From: Gnetum montanum
Lineage: Eukaryota > Plantae > Gnetophyta
Assembly (NCBI GenBank): GCA_015680685.1
Contig: MNCI01002555.1
Coordinates: 504,356 to 568,355 of the forward strand
DNA length: 64,000 nucleotides
Direction: 5' to 3'
Under the pieces are notes generated by a model. It was not told where the DNA came from and did not search any database. It worked only from the letters and a program-made list of their open reading frames with translations. The position numbers and the translations under genes are program-made. Positions 33,136 to 46,730 of the stretch are shown in pieces (position 1 is the first letter of the stretch; each line of letters opens with the position of its first letter).

Positions 33136-36100
33136 TAGTGAGCTTGCAAACCCATAGTGCTTTCACACTTGAAAGTGCTTACTTACTTGCTACCTCATAC
33201 ACGAGATGGGGCACTTGCTTCACCTTAGGTGGAAACTCAGGGATGGTGTCCATCCTAGCCACCTTACTTAGATCCTAGTAAAGCTTAGAACCTGTTGGCA
33301 TACAACAAGCAAAATAGCACTAGCCACAGACTAAGTTTTAAATTGGTAAAGTGAGATAAGCAAAGCAACATTACAACCATATCAAGCTTGGGATCCACTT
33401 GCTATAGGCAGTCCACCATGTCCTCAACCAAACCTTTCACGAAGGTGAACTTGTGAGATGCCTCTACCCATGGCTTCATGCGGTAGCTAGTGGTGGATGC
33501 TAGACCACTAGCAGGTACCTCTACAACTACAATGTAATAATGCATTTAGCAATAGTCAAGAAACCAAAGATGTAGTAGCAGAAAGAGAGCAATGATAGAT
33601 GGTAATGCAGAGCACATACCTAGCAAACCCTTAGGTGTCAAAGTGGGGGGGATCACCTAGTTACACACCATCAAAGAGGCTGTTAAAATCATCTCCATGA
33701 GGGGGGTGGAAGGGGGGAAGTAGTCCCTCATCCTCCAATTGTTGGAGCACCTTTACAACCTCATGTAGCTTCTCCTCTTGTGTTTCTCCCTTCTTAGTCT
33801 GAGGAGTGATCTCCTCTGCTATTGCTTCTACCACTTCTTCAACAACCCTCTTACCTAATTTTCACAATTTACACACATGTCAAAGTTAGCATGTTAGCAC
33901 TTAGCATAAAAACTTACCATAGCATAAAATGAAACATAAAAATATAAATATACAAAATGCAAAAAAAATTCATACAATGACTCATACTAACCTACCACAT
34001 CTATGCGCAATTTACAAAACTTCAAGTGGATCTTCTTACTGCCTACCTTCTCGACCTCTTATGTAGGCTTCTTCGTGGGAGGTGGCCTCTTAATCTTTGT
34101 TTTAGACATTTCCACCATCTTAGTAATGTAACACTCCACCTTGGTCATGTTCATGATACCAACTGGTGGGGGCTCACCTACAGTATCCTGTGAGTAGTGA
34201 GATAGCCCTAAGGGACCTTTTGTCATTACGGAAAATGACTCATCAATTTCATTTGGGGGTCTTGTGCTTGTGTGGTAGCAAATAGATGCTTGATTCATGG
34301 ATTTGAAAGCTATGTGTAATCTTGCACCACCCATCGTTTATCCTCACGAACCACCAAAAACTCCACAAACCTTTGTAGGCATCTTACAAAGAAGGTGAAA
34401 TGCACATGTGACCTCCCCTAGAGGTTGTGGCATAGCTTGACAATCTCAACATGTATGCCATTTGCAAGGTGAGAGGCCCACTTGTACCTTGTGCCCTTCC
34501 CTAGTACATCCCTCATAACTTGAGCCTACTCTACTCCAAGGATTTTCCCTTGGGAGAGAAACTTTAGAAACACATAGGTACAAAAGAGAGGGTAAAGTTC
34601 ATAGACCATTGGCACTTGAATGTTCTTTATGAGTATGCTTTTGCGAGATTGAGAAGTACCTAGCCACTCCTCAATATCACCTTGATGGTCCACCTCCCTA
34701 TTGGTCTTATCAATGACCGATGGGCCATCAGAGGAAAGGCCAAAGAAGTTCACAAAGAAGTCATCAGTAAGGTCTAAGACTACCTTCACACCACGTACCT
34801 ATGTGACAAAGTGGTGAGCATTGTCGTTGAAGGAATTAATAATGGTAACCATTTTGGCCACTAGGATACTTGGGCTAAGGGCTAAGAAAAGGTCCATTAG
34901 CCTAGCCCACATAAGCCTATTGGTCAAATCTATTTGGGCCTTGTGGCATAACTAATGCTACATCCCTTCAACATTCCCATACTTCATAATGAAGGTGGCC
35001 TCAGTGTGGCTCATAGCTACTATGATGACCTCTTCAAAAGTGACTGAAGTTATAATATAGGCAAAGAAAACAACATTAGCATCATGCAAAAAGGGAAAAG
35101 TAGCAAACACATGAGAGCAAAGAAATAAATGACTTAAGCATGAAAAAAGGTGTGCATGATGGTGGTGGTGGTGGTGTTGATGCCTCCTTGATGCTAGGTA
35201 CACCATCCACCTACTTTGCATCCAACTAGCCATGCGTCTAACACCTCTTGTAGGCCTTTAGATATTGATGAGGGCACTCTACCAAGTTAGATCCAATCTA
35301 CCCAATCATCCTTGCATAGAAACTCTTGCAGGTTGAAAATTCTTATAGGGTAGTGTGAGTCAAGTTTAGGGATCCCTCCTCATCATGCAGGCCATGCTCA
35401 CTAATGCTAAACCTGGTAACAAACATGAGTAGTTAGCACCTTCGTATGAGTTGATAGGTAAACGAATAATGCAAAATCATAAGAACACATACCCTCCTAC
35501 ATAGTACATCATCCCAAGTGGGTTCTGGAATAGGGTATGCACACGTTGAATAATAAAGAGAGTGTTGCTCTTACTATAGCAACTAAACTCTAGCATCTTC
35601 TAGATCCTGGATAAAGACCTAATATCCCTAGGGCCTTAGCTTGAACCTCTTACTCTACCATCACTAGTAGTGGGCTCATTGGACATGAACCTTAGAATGC
35701 CTTAGTTTTCCCCAAGCAACAATGTCTCCATGATGACACTAGTAGCTTCTATGACTAAGTGTGACCACATCATCACACTGAAGTATTGGAGCAGGAATTC
35801 CAGGAATTCACATGCTCCTAGTTAGAACCATACTACCTGGTGACCCAACTGTGTGTATGGTGTGGGCATGTTTGGTATGGGCTCACTCATATAGTAGAGG
35901 ATGCCAATGAGCTCTACCATGATGAGGATTGGCTTCAACAATATCCTACAACCACAAAAAGAAACAAAGAAAGCATTAGTATACATTGGATGCACAAAAA
36001 TACATTAACTTACACTTAGCAAAATTAGCAAAGTTAAACATAGAGTAGCATAATTTAGTAGAAAATATGTCCTTAGGGTCCCTTGTGGGCCCCCTGAGCA

Positions 36101-36870
36101 TAGGATGTTGATACATGTATTTAATGCACTTGGTGCTCACTAGGGTACAACACTAATGTAGCATTACCATTTTGCGTTACATTCACATGTTGTGCATTGT
36201 CTTTGTTTGCATATTTTGGTAGTTTGGCATGTTTGGTTTGCAAATTCATCATTTTGGTAAAGCTTTGGTACACATCACATTTTTTTTCATAAGTAATATC
36301 CTATCACTTTTCATTCTTGCACTTAGCATTTTTTTGCATTTGACATTTCATCACTGCATTTGATAAAATTCTTAAATTTTTTCTAACTCTGGGTAGTGTT
36401 ACCGAGGGTGTCCATGAAAAATTCTAACTCTAGGTTATCCCTTCCTAGGAGTGTAACCCAAGAAAAATGATAAAAAAATTCTAACTATTAGCTACACTTC
36501 CTAGGGAGTGTAGCCCCTAAAATCATCAAATTTTTTCTAATTGTCGATTATGCTCCTTAGGGAGCATAGCCCCCAAATCATGAAAGAATCCAAAAAAATA
36601 AAAAAAAAATGGTTGGGAGTATAGCTCTAAAGTGCTCAAAAAAATACAAAAAGAATCTTAACTTCTTCTCCCACTGTCGTGTTGTACCTTCACCTAAGGC
36701 ACCATGCCCCATTCACGTCATCGCCCAGCCCCCTTATACTCTACCATTATGTGTTCAGGTGCTTGTCATGGTCGCATTCTATCATGGCCTCTCCTCCCTA
36801 CCCTTGCCTCCTTGTCATAGCTATCATCACCATAGTTATGCTATTCATCTTGCCCTAGCCTCAGGTCTAA
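33136..36870 (-). pseudogene. Element B antisense spliced gene, homolog of 21919-26350
   Basis: FCP1-like exon at ~35490-35945 (VELIGIL, GACEFLEFLLQYFSVMMWS, NTLFII, HTLFQNP); VKVVLDLTDDFFVNFFG...ELYPLF...LGVE exon; acceptor at 33293-33292 followed by GSKLY*D...KQVP. Confidence 0.8.
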
Positions 36871-37720
36871 AAACATGAAAAATGAAAAAAAATCACCCGC
36901 TGGCACTAAGTGCCATGCAATTCCATTTCTTTTCTCAATTCCATTAGCCCTAGGGCCACCAGCAAACCCCAATTTCTCTACCTCACACATGCCAAGGAAA
37001 AAGGAGAGGAGGGATGAGGGTATCCCATGATCCCCTATGCTCAAGTCACAGTCACCTTGGTTGTGGTCACAAAGCCCTCATATTTTGCCTTATCCCCTTG
37101 CCCTAGCTACAACCCAAGAAAAAAGAAAGCCCTCATTTTTTCTAATTCTCCCATGCCCCACATAGTTCCAAGAATAAAACCCTTGCCCTGTAAGGCCATG
37201 AAACTAATCACCCATGCCCATGCAATGCACACCTAGAAGAAGAAAAAAAAAATGTGCAAGCAAAACCCTTGCCACCACAAATGTGCCCTCCCTTTTTGGC
37301 CATAGTAGCCATCATAGCCACTGCAGTGGTGGTCTCTACCAAGGGTGGCCCACCCAAAATCTCAAATCCCCAATGCAAGTTAAAAGGAGTGAAATCCCAA
37401 AAAGAAAAAGAGATTGCACAAGGGTAGAGTGTAGTAGGGTACTTGGCGGACGGTGGCTCTCTCTATTCCTCCATGTATGCCTGGGATAAACACTGCACTG
37501 CTTCTTTTCCCTCATCCACATTGATGAGTCTAGGGTGTTGAAATTCACTTTGGTGGATCATGCTAGTTGTCATACTTTGACTATCAAGCTCTAGGTGCTA
37601 CACTCTAATTACTATGCTCTGGCTTCACTTCTTATTCCAACTGCCCTACGCTCTATAACTTCTCATTTTCACTTTGGAAAATGATCGTTTGACCTTGATG
37701 AAATATGCATATATATCCTC
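35642..37720 (+). repeat. ~2.08-kb segment repeated directly at 56319-58399
   Basis: Near-identical over its whole length; differences are mostly transitions. Confidence 0.95.
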
Positions 37721-38252
37721 TTGAGGTAATTGAATGTGCTACTTACCAAGACAACATCCCACACTTAGGAAAATTTTCCAAGTTTTTTTTGAACATAGCA
37801 AGGGACCAAGCATAGTGAGGGGTGAGCGTAGCAGCTAGAGTTAGAAAATTTCTAGCAGTCCCTAGACTTGGCGAATTTTCTAAATTTTTCTAATTTCCTA
37901 GAAAACACCTAGCCTAACTACATGTTCCAAGAACTCTTGGCCTTACTTAAACCTACACAGTTTGCATAAACCATGGTCTCCTATGACCTTAAAATAGCAA
38001 ACCATGGTCCACTATGACCTTAAATTGGCAAGCCATGGTTCTCTATGACCTTAAACTGACAAACCATTGTTTGCTATGATCTTAAACTAGCACCCATGGC
38101 TTTTTGAGGCTTGAAATTGGCCCGCATGCTTGCTTCTATAGCCCCACCTTTGCATACTTAGGTGAATTTTCATTGCATTGCTTTTTTTAATTTATGCACT
38201 TTGACTTCATCTAAGACAAGTGTGGCTTGGTATTTTTCTAGTTGTTTTGTAG

Positions 38253-41200
38253 GATACTAGGCAAGATTACAACATGAGCATGTGTAGGCATCTTCCTTCA
38301 CCTCTGGTCCTCACTGAGCCTCATGATGACCTCATGCGATACATCGATACTAAATGCCTAGATCTTGAGCCTAGAGTCTATGATAAACATATAACATCTG
38401 TAGAGGCACCACTAGATTGGCCAGACCATCTAGTCAAAGCTCTAGATCTAGAGGTAGGCAACGTCATTGAGGATCCCCTTATTGAAGTCCCTATAATGAC
38501 ACTTAGTGAAGAGGCAAAAACATTAAAACTTAGTTTCTTGTTAGAGCCTCAACACACCCAGAGCATTGCTAAAGTCTTCAATGACAATATCAAGGCATTT
38601 GCATGGTCTTACAAAGACATGGCAGGCCTAGATCCTCACATAGTGCAACACAATATAATCTTCGATCCTTGCATAAAACTTGTTAAGTAGAAAGCCTACA
38701 AGTTTAGGCCTAAGGTGGCATTAGTAGTCTGCGATGAAATCATCAAGATTTACAAAGTTGGTTTCATCTAGGTCATTAACTACATAGACTAGGCCTCCAA
38801 CATCATGGTTGTGCCCAGAAAAAACTGAAGCATATGCATTTGCATAGACTTTTGGGACTTGAATAAGGTGATCATTAAAGATGACTTCCCATTACCTAGT
38901 ATTGATTAACTAGTTGATACTACGGCTGGCGATGCCTTTTTTTTCTTCATGGACAAGTTCTTTGGTTACAACCAAATTTAGATTCACCTAGAGCATTAGC
39001 TTAGTACTACCTTCATGACCTCTTCAGGTATGTTTTGTTATAGAATGATTCCTTTTAGACTAAAGAACGTAGGAGAAAACTATGAATGTGCTATGATATA
39101 CACCTTTAGCAATTATTTGCTAGATTTTCTTAATGACTACATTGATGACATAGTAGTTAAGTACAAAATGGAACACAACCATGTAAATGACTTAGATCGC
39201 ATACTCAAATGCTGCCGTAGACATGACCTTAGGTTGAATCCTAGGAAGTGTGTCTTCGGTGTTAAAACAAGTTTTATGCTAGGTTTCGTAGTATTAGAAC
39301 CATGCATACACATAGAACCCAATAAGGTTAAGGTTGTTATTAACTTAGCACCACCGGATCATCTTAAGGAGCTACATGGTTTACAAGGCAGACTGCAATT
39401 CATTCATAGGTTTATCACATGGTTGACTAATGAGTTACAACCCATGCAACATCTACTCAAAAAGGGAGTCCAATTTCAGTGGATGTCTCAATGCCAAGAG
39501 GCATTTGACAACCTTAAATGGAAGTTGGCTCAACTTCCAACAGTCTACCCTCCGCAAGGAGATAAACCATTTTACATCTACCTTGCAACCTTTGACATGT
39601 CCATCACCTCTCTACTTTGTCAAAAGTGAGATGATGGCTCAGAGGTCCCTGTATACTACCTAAGCCATGTGTTAGTGGCCCATGAAGCAAAATACAATGA
39701 TGTGAAGTAGAACTACCTTGCCTTAGTCTCTGCACTCAAAAAGTGAAGGCACTATCTTTTCTATAGCTAGGTAAACATCATTTGCAAAAGCAATGTACTC
39801 TGGGAAATCACTGCAAATATTTACAAAAGTAGTTGAATTGCATGGTGGAAAGCAATAATCATAGAGTTTGATGTGTAATACATAGTGCAAGAATTAACCA
39901 AAGGTCAAGCAATAGCCACATAACTTATGGCTTCACCAATAAATGATCAAGCAATGATAGATCCAAAATTTCTGAATGAGCATGTTAGCAGCATAAGGCA
40001 AGTGCCTACTAACTTTGAGGTAATTTTACACTTTGATGGTGCTTCAACCTCTCAATGGGGTAGTGCTACTGCCATAATCACATTTTCCTCTAGGGAGGTC
40101 TAACCCTTCACTTACCACTTTGCATTTCCTTGTACTAATAATGTAGTGGAGTATGAAGGTCTCCTTAGAGGCATCTTAGCAGCCCACGACCTAGGAATTC
40201 AAAACCTAGCGATTTGAGGTAATTCATAGTTAGTCATTAATCAAGTCATAGAGGTTTATGATTGTAAAGCATAATAATTACAACCTTACTATGAATTGGT
40301 AAAGCACTTGCTCAAATGATTTGCAACTGTAGATATCCAATAGATTCTACGTAATGAAAATTCTATTGCCAACGCACTAGCTACATTAGCCTTAAGCATC
40401 ACACCTAACATGTTTCATGCCTTGCCTACCTCAGTAACAGATTACATTGAGCCTATCACACAAAGAACTAACATTTCATCCATAGCCACAACAAGCATGA
40501 CCCACATAGTAGAGTGGTATGATAACATTAAGTCATACCTTCAATGGGGTGAGCCTCCACAACATCTAACCACTACCTAAAAGGATGCAGTGCGAAAATG
40601 GTCATAACAGTACATCCTTGTAGGTGATAATACACTATGTCACAGATCCTATGATGGCATACTACTAACCTATGTTAGAGATAGCGAAGCACAAACAATT
40701 GTTGATCAAGTTCATGAGGGACTGTGCAAAGGTCACATAGCACCTAGGGTAATGGCATTGAAGATCAAATGATTAGGCTACTATTGGCCTTATATGGAGT
40801 GCAATTGCATTTCTAAGGTTAATATGTGTGACATGTATCAATGGCATGATAATTTAATGCATGTGCCACCCACTGAACTACATACCATGTAGATCACATG
40901 GGCATTTCAACATTGGGGGTTGGATATCATAGGACCCATCATGCCTAAGTCTTTCTTAGGACATAGCTTCATCATAATCGTAATTTAATATTTTACCAAG
41001 TGGGTTAAAGCTATTCCCCTTAGGAAGAAAACATTGCAATAGGTTTGCAAGTTCATCCTTAACAACATAGTGATCCAATTTAGTCTACCCATGACTTTAG
41101 TCATAGATAACAGGCCATAGTTTAGCAATATAGAAACCAAACCCTTTTGCAAACACCTTGGCATTAATCATTTTTTTTCATCATCATACTACCTGCAAGC

Positions 41201-41755
41201 GAATGGCCAAGCAAAGACTACAAATAAAGTCATTGTCAACCTTCTAAACAAGATGCTCAGTAGCAACAAATAGTGATGGCACGAGTAGCTAGTTTATGCA
41301 CTATGGGTCTACCACACAACATGTAGAATAGCAACAACCAAGATGTCATATAGCCTTGTGTATGGGTTTGAAGCAATTTTCCTTTTAAATTGCAGGTTCC
41401 ATCACTTTGCATGATCCTCTCAAGCTTCATTAATGAGGCCCAGAATAATAAGTTGAGAATCATTAATCTTAACTCTATAGAGGAGGAGCTTGTGCAAATG
41501 CTTGATCACATTGAATGGTATCAAGAAAAGCAATGGTAGAAGCACCATCACAATCAACATCAATGCCCAATCAAGAAAGGGAACTTAATCCTCAAGGTTG
41601 TTTGTGAACCCATAGACAAATTCTTAGCCAACTGGGAAGGACCTTTCTTGGTCACTAAGGCCTATGACAATGGAGCATTCAAGCTTGCTAATCTAGATGG
41701 CAATGAGTTTGCCAATTCGATCAACCATTCATACCTGAAGCCGTACTATGCCTAG
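38253..41755 (+). pseudogene. Element B pol (RT-RH-aRH-INT), heavily decayed
   Basis: FAWSYKDM, YIDD, FDGAS, GYYWP, WGLDII, NWEGPF; colinear with element A pol. Confidence 0.92.
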
Positions 41756-41799
41756 TGCGTAGCACCACATTAATGATGAAGCAAGGTAAAAAAGCATAT

Positions 41800-42175
41800 A
41801 CTACAATGTTAAATTGGCACATAGCATATGCTACAATGTTAAAATGACACATAGCATCCATTATGACATTAAATTGGCATAGATAGTCTGCTATGACTAT
41901 AAACTGACACAAGAAGTTTTTGGGCCATGACGCTAAAACTGGCATCCATAGCATAGTTCACTATGACTATAAACTGGCATACCTCATCCTTACATCATGA
42001 CATTAAATTGGCACAACATCCACCATCCACTTTGACATTACATTAGCACACGATAGTTTGCTAGGACTATAAACTAGCACATCACAGTATGCCAAGATCT
42101 TAAACTAGGTTTGCGGTCTGATAGGACCTTAAAATAGTACAACATGTGGTCTACCAGGACCTTAAACTGGGTTCG
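41800..42175 (+). repeat. TAAACT/TAAATT-core array after the integrase of B (another array at 37970-38120 before RT)
   Basis: atgactataaactggca-type units. Confidence 0.85.
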
Positions 42176-43844
42176 TAGTTTAGCACACATAGTTCAACAT
42201 GCATAGTTATATGGATAATTTAGTGTAAATATTTCTAATGCTTCATCGTTTTCTCACACCTCACAAGTAGGGTGGGGTAGGGCATTGTAGTTCTAGAATA
42301 GAGTTCACATCATCAAGAAAAAGCCTCTGGAACATTTGCAACATTACTACCCTTGGCATTTTTTTGATCCTTCGAAGATGCCCTTGGGAATTTTGCTAAC
42401 CTTTTGGAGCTATTGCCACCATCACCAATCATACCACCCCTAGGCCATGCCATTAGCATTGTCAACCTTGGGTATTTCATTATTGGCTGGAGCTCTCACT
42501 GTCAGCACCACTCGCTAGAGTCCCAATAGTACTACTACCTAGCCACTGTACTGCCATTCTCTAGCCATCACCATTGCTTGGGCTTGGAAGTGCATCTAGC
42601 AGCATGACTCCCTATTGTTTTGTTGGATTTCCAAGCTCCTATCCTTGGTGTGGAGTCTCGAGCACCTGCATCACCATCACCCTCGATTGCTTTGCCAACC
42701 TCCCTTGGGTGCTTGCTTCTGGTGTGATTGCTAGAGATTTTGTAACCTTCTGGCCTTGGCACCTACACTAGCATTCCTTCTTTGGCATTGTAAGCTCTTA
42801 TAACTGGTCTAGCACTCGTGGCACTTGCAGCACCCTTGTAACTAGCAATTTGCTCTTATCTCACATGTTGTGCGAGTGTTTTCTTATCTTTTCTACGTTG
42901 TTTTTACAGGATGAAGTCTTGAAGGCAGTCATTCAAAGACACATTTCATCATAGTGGTAAGTCATCATATTTCTTTGATGTACCTAGTTAGGCTTGCCAA
43001 GCCACTCAAGAGTCCGCATCCCTATTACCCTACCATAACCTGCTTACATTTACCCCTTTACCTTACATTTCCTAGTGTTCCTTGCAAGATTTTCCAATGC
43101 ACATGACACCTTGCTTTCAGTCAACTATAGAACCCATGATAAAAGTAATGCAACTTGTCCCATGGAAAGCCTCTGTGGACTAGTCAAAGCCCAAGCGAAT
43201 GTAATGAAACCCATCCTAGGGAGGAAAAACTTGTCCTACAGACACGATGCAGTTACCTCTAAGCAAAGAAGTGGCATGTAGTCCACTCAATAATAAGCAA
43301 CTTACAACTAGCATTTCGTAAGTGAAAAAGTGAAAAAGTAAAAGAAAGAAGCATAAAAATTTAAAAAAAATATGAAAGGGGGTAAAACATGCGCCTGACC
43401 AAAATCTAACAAAGCTGCACGTTGACAATTGGTCCAACCTTGAATTTGCATCGACCTTCTCATAAGCACTTCAATGAGAGCCGACATGTCAGGGGTAAGC
43501 CATTTTGGTGCTATAGGAGATGGCTCTCTCACAAGAATTTCGATGAGAGGCCATCATTTTGGTGACAAGCCACCATAGTACCATGATTATGGTCAACTGT
43601 GTTAATCCCATGTCTTGCAACATGATACACCATTTGCATCTCATTCCACCCTTGCTATCCCCAAGCCAATTCCCTACATCCATTACCTTTAGCATACCAT
43701 TACTTTTAGCAGTCTTAGGCCTAGTGAAGCATCTTATAATTGGGTGCTAATGGGTGATGTTGATGTCATGCCTGCTGTGGTGTTTCAAGTTCTTTGTTGA
43801 TGTCTCTTGGGCCACTCCTCCAAACGTCAACAAAGAGGAGCCAA

Positions 43845-45400
43845 TGAAACACCACCAAATTCGGGCAACAACACCTAAATAGCAAATTTTTCTAAGTGTC
43901 AACATAAGGAAAATTTTTCTAAATGCTTGGCCCATGATTCCACGACTGAGACTACATCCCAAAGTGTAGTTAGTGTAGCATGCAACATAGAACCAGATTT
44001 GCAAAATTTTCTATGTGTTAATAGTAGCTGCAAAAAATTTTCTAAGTGTTGTGCTATGCTTACATTCTCCCTGCTATGCTCTAGAGTGTAGCTAGCATAG
44101 CATGCACTTCAGTGGCTAGTTTTGCCTAAGTGTCAAGACAAAATTTATGAGGTTGGCTTAGCATGGAAGAGGCAGTTGGTAGATTTTCTAACTCTTGAAG
44201 CTAGCCTTCCTGCTATTCTCTATAGTGTAGCTAGTGTAGCCTAGATTGAGATTGCAAGTTCTACCAATTTTTTCTAAGTGTTAGTGCTACATTCTCACTC
44301 TTCCTACTATGCTCTAGAGTGTAGCTAGTGTAGCTAGCACTAGACTTTAATTTTTGTAGAATTTACCTAACTATTGGGTTATGCTCTAGAGCGTAGTTGG
44401 CATAGCAATGCAGGGCAGCCTCCAAACGCCTCTAGAGCTTAGCATTGGTCTCCATCTTAACTCCAACGCCTCTCTAGCAAGTAAGATCAGCAATTTGCAT
44501 CTCTTTTACACCCTCTAGGTCCCAAAATTGTACCTACACTTGATCCCACTCAAGAGAGGGGAGAGCATAGTCCCAGAGCGTAGCCTCCAAATTGCACTAT
44601 TTTGTACTATTTGCAGGTACATTGTGGTCTCTTCAGCTTTGGCACATGTAGTCTTGGTAGCATAGTCATAGTTTAGTAGTTTCTTGGGGTCCATTAAAGC
44701 ACACTAGAGCATAGCACCTATTGGTCCAGTGGGAGCGTAGCTATGGTTAGCATAGCCTCAACTACCCCCTTTGCCACGTGGTGTCTGATCTGCACTTCAC
44801 ATTAACCCTAACCCTATGAATACCCCTACATTTCACATTTTAGTGGTTGGCATTTTTGAGGGTTGGAATATTAAAACAGTTGGTTGGTAATTTCATTTTA
44901 GTAATTGGCACTTTGGCACTAGCACCCTTGCACCTAAATTCCCTTAACACCTTGGAAAAACTTTGGGACACTACCTTTGCATACCATAGCATACTGCAGT
45001 CCATAAGACACTATAGTAGCCAACCCAACAAGCTTAGACTTCATGATTGACATCAGTTTCATAGCCTAGACATCCTAGAGACTATGACTATGCTACCTAC
45101 TATGCCCATATGTACACCACATACCTCCTTGCCTCTCTTTTGCAATTGTTATGCTCCCCTATTTGGGGTGGTGCCATTCTTCCTCTCTCAAACTCCTTTA
45201 CATTTTTCAAACATTTTCTTTGGCATTTAGCACCAGACTTGCATTTTTTTTGCTACTATGCATGCATTTGCATGTTTGCACTATAGTTTTCACACTAGAA
45301 AACCCTACTACACTTGGGCTTAGTTAGTCCTGGTACCACTGAAAATACCATGCGAACCCCTAGCACCCATTCATCAAAATAATCTGTAAGTCTTAGTTCG
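43845..45400 (+). repeat. Element B 3' LTR, right boundary uncertain
   Basis: PPT followed by TGAAACACCAC, the same start as the element A LTR; internal TTTTCTAAGTGT and AGTGTAGCTAG repeats. Confidence 0.65.
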
Positions 45401-46078
45401 AATAACATGACTGTTCTAACTGCTCCACCTCCATTTTTTCCCTCTAATGACAACCCTTTAGATGGGGGTGGGGTTAGGGCTATACCATGGTCATGAACCC
45501 CTCAGCATAACTGTTCTAGTTGCTGATGTTTTTGGTTACTACATTTCCTATTCTTGATGCTACATCACCAAGAAAATAGCCCCTCACCCTTCTCTAGGCA
45601 TATTGAGAAGGTTGCATCATTTTTAAAAATTTCAAGGAATTCATATTATCTAGGGATGGACACTGTAACCTCTTAGGCACTTGGATTTGATCTCATGGGC
45701 CAATGCATTCATTGGGTGAAAAACAACAGTGCAGTCTTTTCCAACCAACTTAATATTCTCATGACTTTGTTGAGATGACTTAGCATTGGCTAGTAGACTA
45801 ATGGTTCATCACCACTTGGCTCTCCTTGTTGCTATTGAAAGAATTTTTCATGGAGTTTCCTTATGCATTCTATGGTTGCATGAGCCTTCGATGTTGTCTC
45901 TTTGGTGGGTGGTGGTGGTGGCTACTCCTTCTCAAGCAACTTTGCTAGTGCTTTATCCTTCATCATCCTTCCAAGAGGTTGTAGGAACATGATGGATGAT
46001 ATCATTGGCATAACTAGCTATGCCTTCCCTTCTACAAAGTTTTCTTATCAGGCATAGAAAAGGGAGTGTCTTCCTCCC

Positions 46079-46630
46079 TCACTCATTTTCTATGAAACAC
46101 TTTTCAATATCCAAGAAGATGAGATGAGGGAGGTTGATGGGAGACTTGCTACTTGGAGTAATGCACACATGAGTGAAGAAGGTAATGCCTTTGCTAGACC
46201 TCACCATTAGGTTTAGGTGGTAGGGTACAATCTTGAAATAAAATCTATGTACCTTGGTTAGTACATCATACTCCTTACAACTTACCCCATAGCATTGTTT
46301 AATCCACTTCTTTCTTGCTTCTAGATCTTCTTGCATGGGAATATCTACCAATGTTATGTTAGTGGTAGGTAGTTTGAGGGCCTCTGCAATGGCCTCAACC
46401 AAATAGGACATGCTAATGTTCTTGATCTTGACAGTGGTGTTTACTTGTTAGTTGTTCCAAAATAGATAGGTTTCTCCCATGTACTGCTTCTTGTTGGAAG
46501 TGAGGATGGATCACATGGGGGACCTTTGTAGTTGAGTCTTGACCTCTTTTGGTGCCAAGTCCAAGAAGGTACCACATTTAAGTTTTTGAAGAATAGAACT
46601 TTGGACTTTCTTAGAATGGATTCGTTCAAG
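46079..46630 (-). pseudogene. Remnant of another retrotransposon accessory ORF, distantly like exon 4 of the antisense gene
   Basis: FLDLAPKEVKTQLQRSPM...VKIKNISMSYLVEAIAEALKLP...INLPHLIFLDI parallels APPSIVHFLDNVSPMELF...IKCVKVVFHLSPEFFSNLFGVP. Confidence 0.4.
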
Positions 46631-46730
46631 GTATACCTTAGTTAATGTGACCTTCAGATTTGGCTTAGGGCTTGGCACCTAATCTTGTCCTAACTAGCCT
46701 ATTTTTGCTATGGAGATTTGATGAATATTC

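Larger units (their letters stand above)
14940..45400 (+). mobile_element. Element B: older, 5'-truncated Tat-type LTR retrotransposon interrupted by element A
   Basis: Antisense-gene remnant at 14940-15533 plus 33136-36870; pol at 38253-41755; PPT at 43829-43844; 3' LTR from 43845. Right end uncertain. Confidence 0.8.
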
